A stretch of DNA of 64,000 nt, from contig NC_091471.1 of assembly GCF_036971445.1 (NCBI RefSeq), positions 100,130,001 to 100,194,000 on the forward strand. Direction: 5' to 3'. Every line of letters begins with the position of its first letter. Within the stretch, counting starts at the first letter, position 1. The notes beneath the pieces were generated by a model that worked only from the letters and a program-made list of their open reading frames with translations, was not told the DNA's origin and ran no database searches. Of this stretch, positions 61,707 through 64,000 are shown piece by piece. Source of the DNA: Narcine bancroftii. Taxonomy: Eukaryota. The translations under genes were made by a program, and so were the position numbers.

Positions 61707-61741
61707 TATTGACAGAAAATATCACCAGATCATTAGTATTG

Positions 61742-61747
61742 ATTAAA
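61742..61747 (+). promoter_or_regulatory. Candidate PDCL2 polyadenylation signal (ATTAAA)
   Basis: Variant hexamer 35 nt after the stop codon. The context is AT-rich, so it could be chance. Confidence 0.3.
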
Positions 61748-62394
61748 TATTACATTACATATATGTATTTAGCACATTTCTATTTTGGCTTACATCCACA
61801 TTTAGTTTTGCTAGCTGGTTTTGCTAAGTCTAACATACCAGATTTCAAAATCCTTGACTCAACAGAACTGATGGATTCTACTAATTATAGACAGGAATGC
61901 TGTAGAATCCCTTAAGCCTTCTCGACAATTTGGGATCTGTACTCCAACTTTGTTTTTGTTTCATATCTCTTGGCATCTTTACCAACATCTTGACATAATC
62001 CCTCATCACAATAAGGGTACCTCCAACAATACAGCACTTCCCCAGTAATGCATGGGGGCTGTCAATGGAGATTATGTGATGAATTCCCTGGGATGAGACC
62101 AATGTAGCACCATGAGGTTAACACTCAAGAATATATAAATGGCATGAAGAGGGTGTGGGTGGAGGTGGGGAGGGGGGGGAGGGTGGGGGGAACAGGAGGA
62201 ATGTAGTCTGTCTTTTGCTTTCCATATTCCAAAATTGTCAATGACTCCTGGCAAATTTGAATTAGCAGATTAAATTGATGGAGTTTGCAACATTTGCATT
62301 TATCCACTTAAATTTTGATTAATAGTGCAGGATTTTCTTAAAATACTTTAAAATTTGATTCATTATGGAAATACCAGAAATGTAATTAAATCTA

Positions 62395-62650
62395 ATTAAT
62401 AATTTAATTTTTTTAAATGTGGACATACAGCACAGTAACAGGCCATTTTGGCCCATGAGTCCGTGCCACCCAATTTACACCCAATTAACCTACACCCCTG
62501 GTACATTTTGAATGGTGGGAGGAAACCAGAGCCCCCCGGGTAAAAGCCACGCAGACTTGGGGAGAATGTACAAACTGGCACTCGAACCTCGGTCCTGGTC
62601 ACTGACGCTGTAAAGACGTTGTGCTAACCGCTTCGCCAACTGTGCCGCCT
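62395..62650 (-). mobile_element. tRNA-derived V-SINE-like element
   Basis: Minus strand begins GGCGGCACAGTTGGCGAAGCGGTTAGC (A box) with GGTTCGAGTGCC (B box), then the V-like core and an AT-rich tail. Confidence 0.8.
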
Positions 62651-62959
62651 GTACTCTTAGATTGAAACAATTATGTAAAATTAAGGTGGGAAATTGTTTG
62701 GTTTAGTAATGATTGATATGCAGTGAGAGTGCAGTGCTGTGGTTGATCTGTGTTAACCTGCTGGAATGGCTCAGAAGAGGAATTCAGCTAGTAACGAGAT
62801 GGGAACTTGTGGTGGAAAGGAAAGGTAATTTTCTTGGTCTTTTTGAAGTTAATGTGGAGGAACTCATGCTCAAGTAATTATTGACTGAGGCTACACAGTC
62901 AGACAATAGAGAAGCAGCTGAGGAAAGTAATGAACCTAACGATCTTTAGCATTGCTGAA

Positions 62960-63590
62960 AAAATGATCCTGTACCAATAGAGTGTTAACATCGTGGTCAA
63001 AAAGGCTACTTTTATGGTACTTTCCTATATAGGCCAATGTACATGGTCAAGCTAGAGTTGGAGCACAGCTAGAGTAGTCTGCATTGTTCCAGTCACAGTA
63101 TCTAGTTCCAACAACACTAGATTGCAGATTTTTTTAAAAATCTGTTGTCAGAACTTACTTCAGAGGAGTAATTTTGCATTACGGGCAATCCAAAAAAAAA
63201 ATTAATGAGGTTAATTCCTGGGAATTATCACCAGAGATTGAAAAAAATTAGATCTATATTCTTTGGATGAAACATATACAATTCATAGGGTGCATGGCAG
63301 GGTAGATCTCAAAATGTTTCTACGTGCAAAAATTAACAAACATGGGGCCAAAATTGGTAGGGCACAAAAGATTCCTGCAGTGAATGGTGAATTTCTGAAA
63401 TTCTCTATATCAGAGAATTGTGCAGACCAGATCATTGGGGATTTATAAGAGGGAGTAGATAAATTGTTGAATGATCAAGGAACTGGAGGCTACAGAGAGA
63501 GTGGCACAGAATGCCTAATGTGGCCTCAGCTGAATGTTGAGGAAGGTTTGAAAGGCCAGGTGGCTTATATCTGACCCTGTTTCTTAATGA
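62960..63590 (+). mobile_element. Highly decayed CR1-like 3' fragment
   Basis: ETYTIHRVHGRVD remnant and a CR1-like 3' UTR. Confidence 0.5.
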
Positions 63591-64000
63591 TATTGAGCTG
63601 GGATTATTTCTTGGAAATAGGACTGGAGGAGGAATTAACTGAGATGTACATTGAAAAACCTAGAGTTAAATCCAATGAAATTAAAAACCTGGAGGCATAG
63701 TCTTATCTAATTTGTGAAAGGGTTACAAGGAAGAAGGGGGATAACTTTTCATGTGGAGTGAGATCTGGGGCAGGCTAATCAGCCAGAAGTTGTGATACAC
63801 ACTGGTATCAATGATGTAAGTGGAGAAAAAGATGTAAATTAAAAAGTGGAATCTCCATGCTGGCAATCTCCAGAATTGCATAGGTCAACAAGTTAGAGGG
63901 ATATAGAGAGCTACGATCCGGGAGTGGATCAATGGGTCAAGGTGGAAAAAAGTTTGGCATGTACTAGATAGGCTGATGGGCCTGTTTCTGTGCTGTAGTG

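Overview
This is eukaryotic DNA, inferred to be vertebrate and probably a cartilaginous fish from its repeat landscape; I see no prokaryotic systems. The only host gene is a complete six-coding-exon phosducin-like 2 gene (PDCL2, + strand, 1374-61706). Its 714-nt CDS splices in frame to 237 aa. The ~60 kb of introns are packed with decayed, nested transposons: several Gypsy LTR lineages, L1, RTE, CR1 and Rex-Babar/L2-like LINEs, V-SINE-like SINEs, hAT and Tigger-like MITEs, and Penelope-type hairpins. The most interesting signal is in two divergent Gypsy families that lack a tRNA primer-binding site. Directly after the 5' LTR each carries a 10-16 nt reverse complement of its own LTR segment ending in AATAAA, and the two halves covary between the families. 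This suggests self-primed reverse transcription and/or occlusion of the 5' poly(A) site. Also present: two 5'-inverted LINE insertions (one RTE), two L1s with both ends and TSDs but no EN/RT, a Gmr1-like domain order, and a multi-layer nest. All calls come from reading the sequence; no searches were run, so clade names are provisional and some boundaries are approximate.
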